A stretch of DNA of 64,000 nucleotides from Phycisphaerae bacterium. GTDB taxonomy: Bacteria > Planctomycetota > Phycisphaerae > SM23-33. The notes beneath the pieces were generated by a model, which saw only the letters and a list, made by a program, of their open reading frames with translations, did no database searches and was not told where the DNA came from. Positions 49,808 to 58,607 of this stretch are shown piece after piece. Within the stretch, counting starts at the first letter, position 1, and each line of letters opens with the position of its first letter. Position numbers and translations under genes: made by a program. The DNA is taken from NCBI GenBank assembly GCA_041946855.1, contig JBHGBE010000001.1, positions 69,346 to 133,345 on the forward strand, written 5' to 3'.

Positions 49808-51796
49808 ATGAAGGTCAGTGTCGGCATAATCCTGCGCTACCAGTATCCGGTGTTGTTGCTCTTCCTGGCTACGGGGCTTGTTTCGTGGGTGTTTGACTCG
49901 GCACTGGACGCCTTTGTCCTCAATCGCGGGGCCTTCGCCGAACGGCTGCTCCTGCCCTCCGCGCATGAAATATACATGCGGTCAATCATCATCGCCTGCT
50001 TCCTGGCCCTCGGGTTTTTCGTCGCCAATCTCATGGAGCGGCGGAAGCTGTCGGCCGACAAGACCGCGCACCTCAAGGTCGTGCTCGACGGCATCCGCAA
50101 GGTCGAGCAGGACGTGGCCCGCGGCGGCACGCACCAGGAGATGATTGACCGCGTGTGCGACGACCTGGTCCGCAGCGGGGCCTACAGGAGCGTCTGGATC
50201 GCCCTGATACACGAGCCCGACGGCAGGAAGCTCTGGGCCCAGGCGGGCATGGACGGGCGCTTCGAGCCGGTGGCCGAGTCGATCCAGCACGAGCACTACC
50301 CCAAGTGCATGGCCGCCGCCCTCAATCAGGAGCAGGTCCTCGTGCTGGAGGGCCCGAGCCACAAGTGCCCCGGCTGTCCGCTGGCGCCCATCTACCGCGG
50401 CAACGGGTCGCTGAGCATCCGCCTGGAGCGCGGCGAGACGGTCTACGGCGTGATGACCGCCTCACTGCCGGCGCACCTCGCGATTGAGGGCGAGGAGCAG
50501 GCGATGTTCGGCGAGGTCGCCGCCGATGTCGCCACGGCGCTGCACTACCTGACGGTCGACCAGGCAAGCCGAAAGGCCGAGTCCGCCCTGGCCCAGGCCC
50601 ACAGGCGCGAGGCCGAGACAGGCTTCAGGATCCAGCAGATGCTCCTCTTCCAGCGCCCGCCGGAGGACATCCCCAACGCGGCCATCGCCGCCATCACGAT
50701 CCCCTCGCAGCAGGTGGACGGCGATTTCTACGACTTCTTCAAGCATAACGACCAGTGCTTCGACGTGATCATCGCCGACGTCATGGGCAAGGGCACGCAC
50801 GCCGCCCTTCTGGGCGCGGCCACCAAGAGCAACTTCCTGCGGGCGATAGGCACGCTCATGTCCTCATCGCTGGGCTCGCACCTGCCCCAGCCGCGGGACA
50901 TCGTCGCCTACGTCCACCGCGAGATGACCCAGCGCCTCATCGAGCTTGAGAGCTTCGTGACGGCCTACTACGCCAGGTTCGACCTGTCGCAGGGGCGCAT
51001 GACCTACGTCGATTGCGGGCACCCGCGCCCGATCATCTTTCGCGGCGCCACCGGCGAGTGCGAACTGGTGGAGGGCCGCAACCTGTTCCTCGGGGCCGAC
51101 GAGCAAGAGGTCTACGAGCAGACGACCGTCAAGGTCGGCCCCGGCGATATGATCCTGTTCTACTCGGACGGCGTGATCGAGGCGTCCACCAGGCAGCGCG
51201 AGTTCTACGGCATGAACCGCCTGACGGAGCTGGTGCGGGCCAACGGCCCCCTGGAGCCGGTGCAGATCATCGACAAGATCGTGATGGACATCATCTCGTT
51301 CGCGACTTCCGAGGGCCCGACCGACGACCTGACGTGCGTGGCCGTCAAGGTCAAGGCGCTGACCCCCTCGCCGCCGCTGGCCCGCGTGGAGCTGGACCTT
51401 ACCAGCGACCCGGCCGAACTGGCGCGGATACGCGGGTTCGTGCTGGGCCTGTCGCGCAGGCTCCCGGTGGTGATCGTGGACGAGCAGGACATCAGCCGCC
51501 TGGAGCTGGCGGTCAACGAGGCCGCCACCAACATCATGCGCCACGCCTACGGCGGCCGGCCGGACAAGCGCATCCGCCTGGAGGCCGACATCCACGCCGA
51601 CCGCCTGGTGATCCGCCTGTATCACTGGGGCGTCCCCTACGACCCGAAGAAGGCCCCGCCCGACAAGAAGCCCGAGATGCAGACCAGCGGCTTCGGCCTG
51701 TCTATCATTGCGCAGTGCGTGGACGAGGTGCGGTACCTGACCGGGCGCAACGGGAGCCACTGCGTCGAACTGACGAAGTTCATCGTGAAGAGCTGA
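49808..51796 (+). CDS. TM-GAF-SpoIIE phosphatase fused to RsbW-type anti-sigma kinase
   Basis: DGDFYDF, ADVMGKG, DCGHP, YSDG, DDLTCV, then ELAVNEAATNIMRHAY and GFGL. Confidence 0.88.
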   Translation: MKVSVGIILRYQYPVLLLFLATGLVSWVFDSALDAFVLNRGAFAERLLLPSAHEIYMRSIIIACFLALGFFVANLMERRKLSADKTAHLKVVLDGIRKVEQDVARGGTHQEMIDRVCDDLVRSGAYRSVWIALIHEPDGRKLWAQAGMDGRFEPVAESIQHEHYPKCMAAALNQEQVLVLEGPSHKCPGCPLAPIYRGNGSLSIRLERGETVYGVMTASLPAHLAIEGEEQAMFGEVAADVATALHYLTVDQASRKAESALAQAHRREAETGFRIQQMLLFQRPPEDIPNAAIAAITIPSQQVDGDFYDFFKHNDQCFDVIIADVMGKGTHAALLGAATKSNFLRAIGTLMSSSLGSHLPQPRDIVAYVHREMTQRLIELESFVTAYYARFDLSQGRMTYVDCGHPRPIIFRGATGECELVEGRNLFLGADEQEVYEQTTVKVGPGDMILFYSDGVIEASTRQREFYGMNRLTELVRANGPLEPVQIIDKIVMDIISFATSEGPTDDLTCVAVKVKALTPSPPLARVELDLTSDPAELARIRGFVLGLSRRLPVVIVDEQDISRLELAVNEAATNIMRHAYGGRPDKRIRLEADIHADRLVIRLYHWGVPYDPKKAPPDKKPEMQTSGFGLSIIAQCVDEVRYLTGRNGSHCVELTKFIVKS

Positions 51797-51808
51797 AGGA
51801 GAGCGATC

Positions 51809-52153
51809 ATGGAAATGGCCGTGGAAAGGGTCGGCGACGTGGCGATCATCGTCCCGCGGGCCGAGTTCCTGGACGCCAGCAACTACCAGGAGTTCAAGCG
51901 CGACATCGAGCCGTCGCTTGAGACCTCCCGCAAGGTCATCCTCGACATCAGCCAGTTGCGGTTCGTGGACAGCTCCGGACTGGGCGCGATCCTGTCGTGC
52001 CTGCGGAAGCTCGTCTCGAACGGGGGCGACCTGAAGCTGCTGTGCGACAAGTGCAAGCCCGTCCGCATGTTCTTCGAGCTGGTGCGGATGAACCGCGTGA
52101 TCGACCTGTTCAACACGCGCGAAGAGGCGATCAGCGCGTTTGTCAAGGACTGA
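51809..52153 (+). CDS. STAS anti-sigma factor antagonist (RsbV/SpoIIAA-like)
   Basis: LDISQLRFVDSSGLGAIL phospho-Ser motif. Confidence 0.92.
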   Translation: MEMAVERVGDVAIIVPRAEFLDASNYQEFKRDIEPSLETSRKVILDISQLRFVDSSGLGAILSCLRKLVSNGGDLKLLCDKCKPVRMFFELVRMNRVIDLFNTREEAISAFVKD

Positions 52154-52236
52154 CGGAAGGCCGCTTGGAGCAGGGACGCGCGTCGCCGTCGGGTCCGAGG
52201 GCCTGGACGCCGGCGCGCGTCCTTGTTTGTTGCGCT

Positions 52237-52902
52237 TTACAGTTTCCCCGAGGAGACCGGAGTCGGCGAGGGCCTGCTGATGGTGGCCGTGCCGACGCCG
52301 GATGGCGCCTTGGTGGGTCCGGCCTTCGCGGCCAGGGCCTTCTCGGCCGGCGCCTTCGCCAACGTCCCCTTATCCGCCGGGGCTTTTGCCAACGCCTTGT
52401 CTGGCGCGACCTTTGCCAATGCGGCCTTGTCCGCGGGGGCCTTGGCAAGCGTCGCCTTGTCCGACGGCGCCTTGCCTGGCGTTGACGGGGCCGCCGAGGA
52501 TTTGGCGAGCGCGGACTTCGCCGGCGCCTTCGCTGCCGCAGACTTCGACACCGGGGCCATCGCGTGTACCTTTGCCGCCGTCGTCCCCGAGTGGCGCCTG
52601 GCCACCCGGCCCTTGACGTGCCTCGTGGTGGCGACATGGCGCTTGCCGTGCTTCGTGGCGGCCACGTGCGAACGCGTCTTGTGGGCGGCCAGCCCCGGCG
52701 ACTTCTTCGTGGACTTGGACAGCGACTTGTGCTTGTGCTTCCTGTGATGCCTGTGCGTGAACTTCCTAGCGGACTTCTTCGTGACTTTCCTGACGGCCGT
52801 CTTCGAGTCGGCGGCCGGCGCGCCGACCCTCTCGAACGCGAGCGCCAGTGAGCCTGAGACAGAGATGATCGCGGCCATCAGCAAGGTCAGCAACGTGCGC
52901 AT
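52237..52902 (-). CDS. Secreted Lys/Ala/His-rich histone H1-like repeat protein
   Basis: Signal peptide MRTLLTLLMAAIISVSGSLALA; HRHHRKHKHK; tandem LAKAPADKA-like repeats. Confidence 0.7.
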   Translation of the reverse strand: MRTLLTLLMAAIISVSGSLALAFERVGAPAADSKTAVRKVTKKSARKFTHRHHRKHKHKSLSKSTKKSPGLAAHKTRSHVAATKHGKRHVATTRHVKGRVARRHSGTTAAKVHAMAPVSKSAAAKAPAKSALAKSSAAPSTPGKAPSDKATLAKAPADKAALAKVAPDKALAKAPADKGTLAKAPAEKALAAKAGPTKAPSGVGTATISRPSPTPVSSGKL

Positions 52903-53039
52903 GTTCGTCTCCCTACGAAAAGATTCGCCGTGTCCTTGGCGGGCACATGGGCCATCAGGACCCGTGTCCTGATATCGTCGCCACCAAACTACCCCCGTGC
53001 CGCTTCCGCTGTCAAGCTTCCGCGTCGAAATCTTCGCAA

Positions 53040-55112
53040 TCACGCGCCCAGCCGGCCCCCCGCCTCCGGCAGCACGCGGATGGGCAGCATCATGAACGGT
53101 ATGCCCTTGTGGTAAAGCCGCCTCTGGAGCGCGAACGTGATGTTGTTGTGCAGCAGGCGGCGGATGAACGAATCATCCGGGAACAACAGTTGCCCCGCGA
53201 AGAACGTCGCCTCCGGGTACTTCTGCACGATGGCGTCGGCAAGCTTCTCGATCTCGTCCACGATGTCGGCACCCACGGCCGTGGACGCCTCCGCGTAGTA
53301 TCCCTGCCGCTGGACGAAGTCCACGTACTTCTGCGTCTCATCCTTGACGTGCTCGCCGAGCTTCTCGACCTCGGCCGCCCCCTTGAAGCTCTCGGTGTCC
53401 ACCAGCCCCACCTGCACGAACACGAAGTTCTTGAACGTGTCGCCGAAGAACCGGAATATGTTCATCAGCGCGTGGATGCCGAGGCCGTTGAAGCCGTTGA
53501 CCAGCAGCACGGCCGTCTTCGCGCTGGGGTCGGGCTGGAGGGCCTTGGGGTGCGCCCCGCCCGCGGGGGCCATGCGGATGGCCGCCATCGCCAGCCCGTC
53601 GAGCTGGTCCACGATCCGCCGGCTCCTGCTGTAGTGCCGCTTGACCATGGACGCGATCAGGATCAGCACGCCAGTCACCAGCAGCGTCGCCCAGCCGCCC
53701 CTCGTGAATTTCAGCACCACCACCGCCAGCAGGATGAACGCCGTCAGCACCAGGCCCACGCCGTTGATGAACATCTTCTTCAGCCAGCCCGCATGCCGCC
53801 GCCGCGATATCCACCAGTGGCGCACCATGCCCGTCTGCGAAAGCGTGAACGTGATGAACACGTTGATGCTGTACACGGTCACCAGCAGGTCCACCGAGCC
53901 CCGCGTGAGCAGCATCGTCACCAGCGCTGCCGCGCTCATCAGGACGATGCCGTTGTGCGTCACCAGGCGGTCCGAGAGCATCGACAGGCGCGACGGGAAC
54001 CAGCGGTCAAGCGCCATGTTCGCCAGCACCCGCGGCCCGCCCAGGAAGCCCGTCTGGGCGGCCACGAACAGCAGCGCCGCCTCCGATACCAGCGTGATCA
54101 GGATGAACATCCGCCCGCCCCAGGGCCACCCGTCGCACATCTCGTGTAGCAGCGTGCCGTTGACCGTCCACGACGCCTCGGCCGCCGAGCGGGGCAGTAC
54201 TTCCGCCTGGCCCGTCGAAGGCGAGAACTCATATTTGTAGTGCCCCGCCACGTTGAAGATCAGGTACGCCAGCATCAGCCCCACCACCGTCACCGACAGC
54301 GAGATCCACATGTACGTCATCGTCCGCTTGGCCGTCTGCACGCGGGGCTCGCGGAGGATCGCCATGCCGTTGCTGACCGCCTCGATGCCCGTGTACGTGC
54401 CCGCCCCCATGCTGTAGGCCCGCAGCACCAGCAGCAGCCCCGCCATGAACGTCAGCGGCGCGATCGGCTCGCTCGAGGGCGCCGGCTGCCACAGCGACGG
54501 CCGCCCCGGGGTCACCACGTGATAAACAATCGCGTAGACGATGATGAACGCGTGAGTCAGTATGAACACCATGAATATCGGCACCAGCGGCCCGACCGAC
54601 TCCCGGACCCCGCGCATGTTCATCAGCATCAGCACCAGCACCACCGCGACGCCGAACGCCAGCTTGTACTTCAGCCAATGCGGCGGCGCCAGCGCGAAGA
54701 TCGCGTCCGCTCCGGCCGCCACCGACACCGAGATCGTCAGCACGTAGTCGACCATCAGCGCGCAGCCGGCCACCATCCCCGCCTTCGGCGACAGGAGCTT
54801 GCTGGCCACGACGTAACCGCCCCCGCCGGAGGGGAACACCTCGATGATCTGCGTGTAGCTGGAGGCTATCACGAAGATCGTCAGCGCGGACATCGCCGCC
54901 ACCACCAGCGCCAGGTACGGGTGCTCGATCACCGTCTTGAACGCCTCAGGCGGGCCGTAGCACGATGACGACAGGCCGTCCCCGCCCAGCCCGATCCACG
55001 CGAAGAACGCGATCAGCGAGAGCTTGTGGAAGATGCCCGGCTCATGCGGGTTGCGGGCCCCGCCGATCACCACTTCCTTTATCCTACGGCCTAGTTGGTC
55101 CAGCTCCGCCAT
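53040..55112 (-). CDS. APC-family permease (KimA-like)
   Basis: GGDGLSSSCYGP, YTQII..FPSGGGGYVVA, TGIEAVSNG, C-terminal soluble domain. Confidence 0.82.
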   Translation of the reverse strand: MAELDQLGRRIKEVVIGGARNPHEPGIFHKLSLIAFFAWIGLGGDGLSSSCYGPPEAFKTVIEHPYLALVVAAMSALTIFVIASSYTQIIEVFPSGGGGYVVASKLLSPKAGMVAGCALMVDYVLTISVSVAAGADAIFALAPPHWLKYKLAFGVAVVLVLMLMNMRGVRESVGPLVPIFMVFILTHAFIIVYAIVYHVVTPGRPSLWQPAPSSEPIAPLTFMAGLLLVLRAYSMGAGTYTGIEAVSNGMAILREPRVQTAKRTMTYMWISLSVTVVGLMLAYLIFNVAGHYKYEFSPSTGQAEVLPRSAAEASWTVNGTLLHEMCDGWPWGGRMFILITLVSEAALLFVAAQTGFLGGPRVLANMALDRWFPSRLSMLSDRLVTHNGIVLMSAAALVTMLLTRGSVDLLVTVYSINVFITFTLSQTGMVRHWWISRRRHAGWLKKMFINGVGLVLTAFILLAVVVLKFTRGGWATLLVTGVLILIASMVKRHYSRSRRIVDQLDGLAMAAIRMAPAGGAHPKALQPDPSAKTAVLLVNGFNGLGIHALMNIFRFFGDTFKNFVFVQVGLVDTESFKGAAEVEKLGEHVKDETQKYVDFVQRQGYYAEASTAVGADIVDEIEKLADAIVQKYPEATFFAGQLLFPDDSFIRRLLHNNITFALQRRLYHKGIPFMMLPIRVLPEAGGRLGA

Positions 55113-55142
55113 GTCGGGCCTTCAACCGCTCAACGCATGAAT

Positions 55143-55208
55143 CGCGGAGGGCGCAGAGTAAGCACATTCCTCTCTATGTCTCTCTGCGTCCTCTGCGCCC
55201 TCTGCGTT
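55143..55208. repeat. 9-mer repeat hairpin (CTCTGCGNN)x3 with inverted GCGCAGAG arm
   Basis: CTCTGCGTC CTCTGCGCC CTCTGCGTT at 55182-55208; same family at 1232-1249. Confidence 0.7.
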
Positions 55209-55262
55209 GAACTCTTCATCGGCGAGGATTCTCCCCAATCGGCCCCCGAAATGGAACTGTAA

Positions 55263-56057
55263 TTACCACTGCTCGTTGCGTGAGCCGTCGTGGTTGAACC
55301 AGCAGCCGGTGTCCTCCGGCCGCAGCGACGCGGCCACCTTGACGATGCCCTCGGCCGACTCCTGGGCCGACAGCGGCGCATTCGGCCCGCCCATGTCCGT
55401 GCGGACCCAGCCCGGCGAGACCGCCGCCACGATGATCCCGTGCCGCTTCAGGTCCCAGGCCATCGAACGCGTCATGTAGTTCAGCGCCGCCTTCGACGTG
55501 CCGTAGGCCAGGCTCTCGCACGAGCGGCAGCCCGACACGCTCCCCAGCCCTGAGCTTATGTTCACCACTCGCGGCCGGCCGCCCGCACCGGCACGCGCCT
55601 TGAGAAGCCCCAGCATCGCCTGCGTCACGCGGGCAGGGCCAAGCGTGTTGATGTTCAGCAGGTCCAGCGTCGCCTCCAGGTCCAGGCCCTCAAGCTCCCC
55701 ATCCTTCACGCCGCCATAGCCGGCGTTGTTGATGAGTATGTCCAGGCCCTTGGCCTTTCCGGCGACGGCCGCCGCCGCGGCGCGGCACGATTCGCCGTCG
55801 CGGACATCCAGCGGGATGATCTCCAGCACACCGCCACGCCCTTCAGCACGCCCGCCCGGGCCCGCATTCCCGTCCGCGCCCCCGGCCGCCAGTTCCCGCA
55901 GCGCCGCCGCCTCGCCCGGCCGGCGGCAGGCCGCAAACACCTTGTTCGCACCGCCAGCGCCGCCCGCCCCGCAAACCTCACCCGCCTCCAGATACGCGCG
56001 CACCAGCGCCAGGCCAATGCCACGATTCGCTCCTGTTATCAGGACTGTCGCCATCAT
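55263..56057 (-). CDS. SDR family oxidoreductase (CsgA-like)
   Basis: TGANRGIG, NNAG, NISSGLGS, YGTSK, SPGWVRTDMGG. Confidence 0.9.
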   Translation of the reverse strand: MMATVLITGANRGIGLALVRAYLEAGEVCGAGGAGGANKVFAACRRPGEAAALRELAAGGADGNAGPGGRAEGRGGVLEIIPLDVRDGESCRAAAAAVAGKAKGLDILINNAGYGGVKDGELEGLDLEATLDLLNINTLGPARVTQAMLGLLKARAGAGGRPRVVNISSGLGSVSGCRSCESLAYGTSKAALNYMTRSMAWDLKRHGIIVAAVSPGWVRTDMGGPNAPLSAQESAEGIVKVAASLRPEDTGCWFNHDGSRNEQW

Positions 56058-56171
56058 GTTCCTTCCTTTGGGCTTCCTGCCGCACGCCACGCCCGGCAAT
56101 TCTAACCGCCGCCGCGCCGGATTGCACACCACGCTCACCGTGGCTGCAAACGGCGCAGCCAGGCCATCCGC

Positions 56172-56402
56172 CTATCCTGACTTGTCAGACAGGTCCGACT
56201 CGTCTGACCTGTCCGACACTTCCGACTTGTCCGACCCAGCGCCAGACCGGCCAGCCCTCGCCTCCACCCGCTTGCGGTACAGGTTCTCCGTGAAACCGCC
56301 TTCCCGCGTGAACTCGTAGCCGCGAAGCTTCCGATAGCCGCCGTGAGGCAGGATTGGAGTGCCTTCAATGTTCGTGAGCTCCCTCGCCGGCATCGCGGCC
56401 AT
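56172..56402 (-). pseudogene. Internally deleted four-helix-bundle suffix-domain gene remnant
   Basis: HGGYRKLRGY joined directly to EFTREGGFTENLYRKRVEAR, then SDK/SDL repeats encoded by 9-mer DNA repeats; start uncertain. Confidence 0.6.
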
Positions 56403-56747
56403 GCTCGACGGCGGCACGTCTGGCGCCGGCAGTCGCGACCGGCGCTCGCCTGCCCGTCCCGCTCCTGCCAGCCCTCCAAGCCGCGCATTATCCGGTGGAA
56501 CAATCCTTCTGCAAGCCCTTTCCCGGCCTGGCGGCATTTCCCCCGACCTGACTGGCGGCAGGTCCCTGACCTGCCGCTCCCGTCGCCCGTTCTTGCTCCG
56601 CGTGCAGGCGGATAACGACGAGCCGCTTGTGGCGAACCGGCGGCACGCTCTACAATCCGGGTCAGTTTTGCGCGCTGGCGGCCGCCGGTATGCTTGGCCT
56701 GTTCGGCGCGACATTGTCGGCGATACAGCTACCGGCTCAAAGCGCGC

Positions 56748-56775
56748 TTGACAGCGGCGGCGCTCAGGCTATCCT
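56748..56775 (+). promoter_or_regulatory. Possible sigma70 promoter of mod
   Basis: TTGACA-16 bp-TATCCT. Confidence 0.45.
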
Positions 56776-56834
56776 TGTTGCCGCGGCAGGGCGGGATTCG
56801 GCTGACCGCCAGGACGCATTCACCACACGGAGCC

Positions 56835-58460
56835 ATGGCGACGAGAAACTACGGAGACCTGAGCAAGGATGAACTAGTCCGCCTCCTGGAGGCCCGCGAC
56901 CGGCGCGAGGCGACGCGCTTCGGCCTTGTCTGGGAGGCCAACGAGATCGAGCGAGACAAGGCGCTGAACAAGGACTTCGTCGCCCTCGAACTGGACCGCC
57001 CGCTGTGCTGTGGAGCGGGGCCGTGGCGCAACCTGATCATCGAGGGCGACAACTTCGACGCCCTCCGCTACCTCCGCATGACGTTCGCCGGCCGGGTCAA
57101 GTGCATCTACATCGACCCGCCCTACAACACCGGAAACAGGGACTTCATCTACAACGACCGCTTCGTCGACAAGGAAGATCTCTGGCGACACTCCAAATGG
57201 TGCGAGTTCATGTACCAGCGGCTCACCCTGGCCAAGGACTTGCTGCGACAGGACGGTATCATCTTCATCTCCATTGACGACAACGAGGCATTTCATCTCG
57301 GCCTATTGATGAACCGGATTTTCGGCGAAGGGAACTTTCTCGCATCAATTGCGTGGGAGAAGCGGTACACACGAAGCAACAACGCGAAGCTCTTCTACTC
57401 GGTGAAGGACACCGTACTCGCCTATAGGAACAGCCCTCTGGTGGCGTTTTTGCGAGAACAGCGAACAGAGAAGTCGGACGCGATCTACAAGAATCCCGAC
57501 AATGATCCTCGGGGTGTCTGGACCAGCGCATCTTATGTGAATCCGGCAACCAAACAGCAGAGACCGAATCTGGTTTACCCAATTCTGAACCCGCACACCG
57601 GCAAGACCGTAACTCACCCAACGCACGCATGGAAGTTTGAGCGCGAGAGTCACGAGCAGCACGTCAAAGACGGGCTGTTGTGGTGGGGCAGGGATGGCAA
57701 AGCGAAGTACCCACGTCTGAAGGTCTTTCCAAAGACGGAGAATGGCGGGCTTGTTCCGCTGGATATCTGGAAGCATGAGGACACTGGCACAACGGACGAG
57801 GGCGGGCAGGAGCTGAAAACCATTTTCGGTCACGCGGCGTTCACGAATCCCAAGCCAACCCGCCTGATCGAACGGATGCTCAGGCTATGCACTGGGCCAA
57901 ACGACTTGGTTCTCGACTTCTTCGCCGGCAGCGGGACGACGGCGCACGCCGTCCACAAGCTGAACAAGGAGGACGGCGGGAATCGCCGCGTCATCCTCGT
58001 TTCCAGCACGGAGGCCACGGAGGATGAACCCGAAAAGAACCTCTGCCGCGACGTGTGCGCAACGCGCGTCCGCCGCGTGATCGAGGGATATGGCGATACG
58101 CCGGGGCTTGGCGGCGACTTCGCTTACTTGCGCTGCCGGCGGATCGACCCCGGCCGTCTGACGGAGATCGACCACGCGCAGGTCTGGACCGCGCTTCAGT
58201 TGATCCACTGCGATGCCCTGGCCGAGTACAAGCCCGCGGCGTTGCTGACGGTCGGCGATGACGAACAGTTGCTTGTCTACTTGCCGCGCCTTGGCCGGGC
58301 CGTCGCGCCGGCCCTTAGGAAGGCGGTCCGGAGTGCGCGGGCGGCGATCGTCTATTCCTGGCAGCCGGAGCTGGCCCGCCAGTTCCTTCGCGGCCATGAG
58401 CAGGTCCAGATCGAGGCCGTGCCCGAGGTCCTGGCCCGGCGATTCGGAATGAAAGTTTAG
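56835..58460 (+). CDS. mod: Type III R-M DNA methyltransferase (Mod)
   Basis: IEGDNFDAL, YIDPPYNTG, ISIDDNE, central TRD, NPKPTRLI, LDFFAGSGTTAHAV (beta-class order). Confidence 0.9.
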   Translation: MATRNYGDLSKDELVRLLEARDRREATRFGLVWEANEIERDKALNKDFVALELDRPLCCGAGPWRNLIIEGDNFDALRYLRMTFAGRVKCIYIDPPYNTGNRDFIYNDRFVDKEDLWRHSKWCEFMYQRLTLAKDLLRQDGIIFISIDDNEAFHLGLLMNRIFGEGNFLASIAWEKRYTRSNNAKLFYSVKDTVLAYRNSPLVAFLREQRTEKSDAIYKNPDNDPRGVWTSASYVNPATKQQRPNLVYPILNPHTGKTVTHPTHAWKFERESHEQHVKDGLLWWGRDGKAKYPRLKVFPKTENGGLVPLDIWKHEDTGTTDEGGQELKTIFGHAAFTNPKPTRLIERMLRLCTGPNDLVLDFFAGSGTTAHAVHKLNKEDGGNRRVILVSSTEATEDEPEKNLCRDVCATRVRRVIEGYGDTPGLGGDFAYLRCRRIDPGRLTEIDHAQVWTALQLIHCDALAEYKPAALLTVGDDEQLLVYLPRLGRAVAPALRKAVRSARAAIVYSWQPELARQFLRGHEQVQIEAVPEVLARRFGMKV

Positions 58461-58463
58461 CAC

Positions 58464-58575
58464 CGTAGGTGCGTCTTGGATGCGGTGCGCCCAAGGCGCC
58501 CCTCCGGGGCTTTTTCGGCGTAGAGGCCGGTATTCCCCTGGGTGCCCCCAGGGGCTGGACAAGACGCCGCTTACG
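58464..58575. repeat. GTAG-type REP/REPIN-like composite between mod and res
   Basis: CGTAGGTGCGTCTTG ... CAAGACGCCGCTTACG outer imperfect IR; inner GCCCCTCCGGGGC and CCCCTGGG/CCCAGGGG hairpins. Confidence 0.55.
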
Positions 58576-58607
58576 CGGCTGGACATGATGAAGGCGAGCA
58601 GCCTCCT

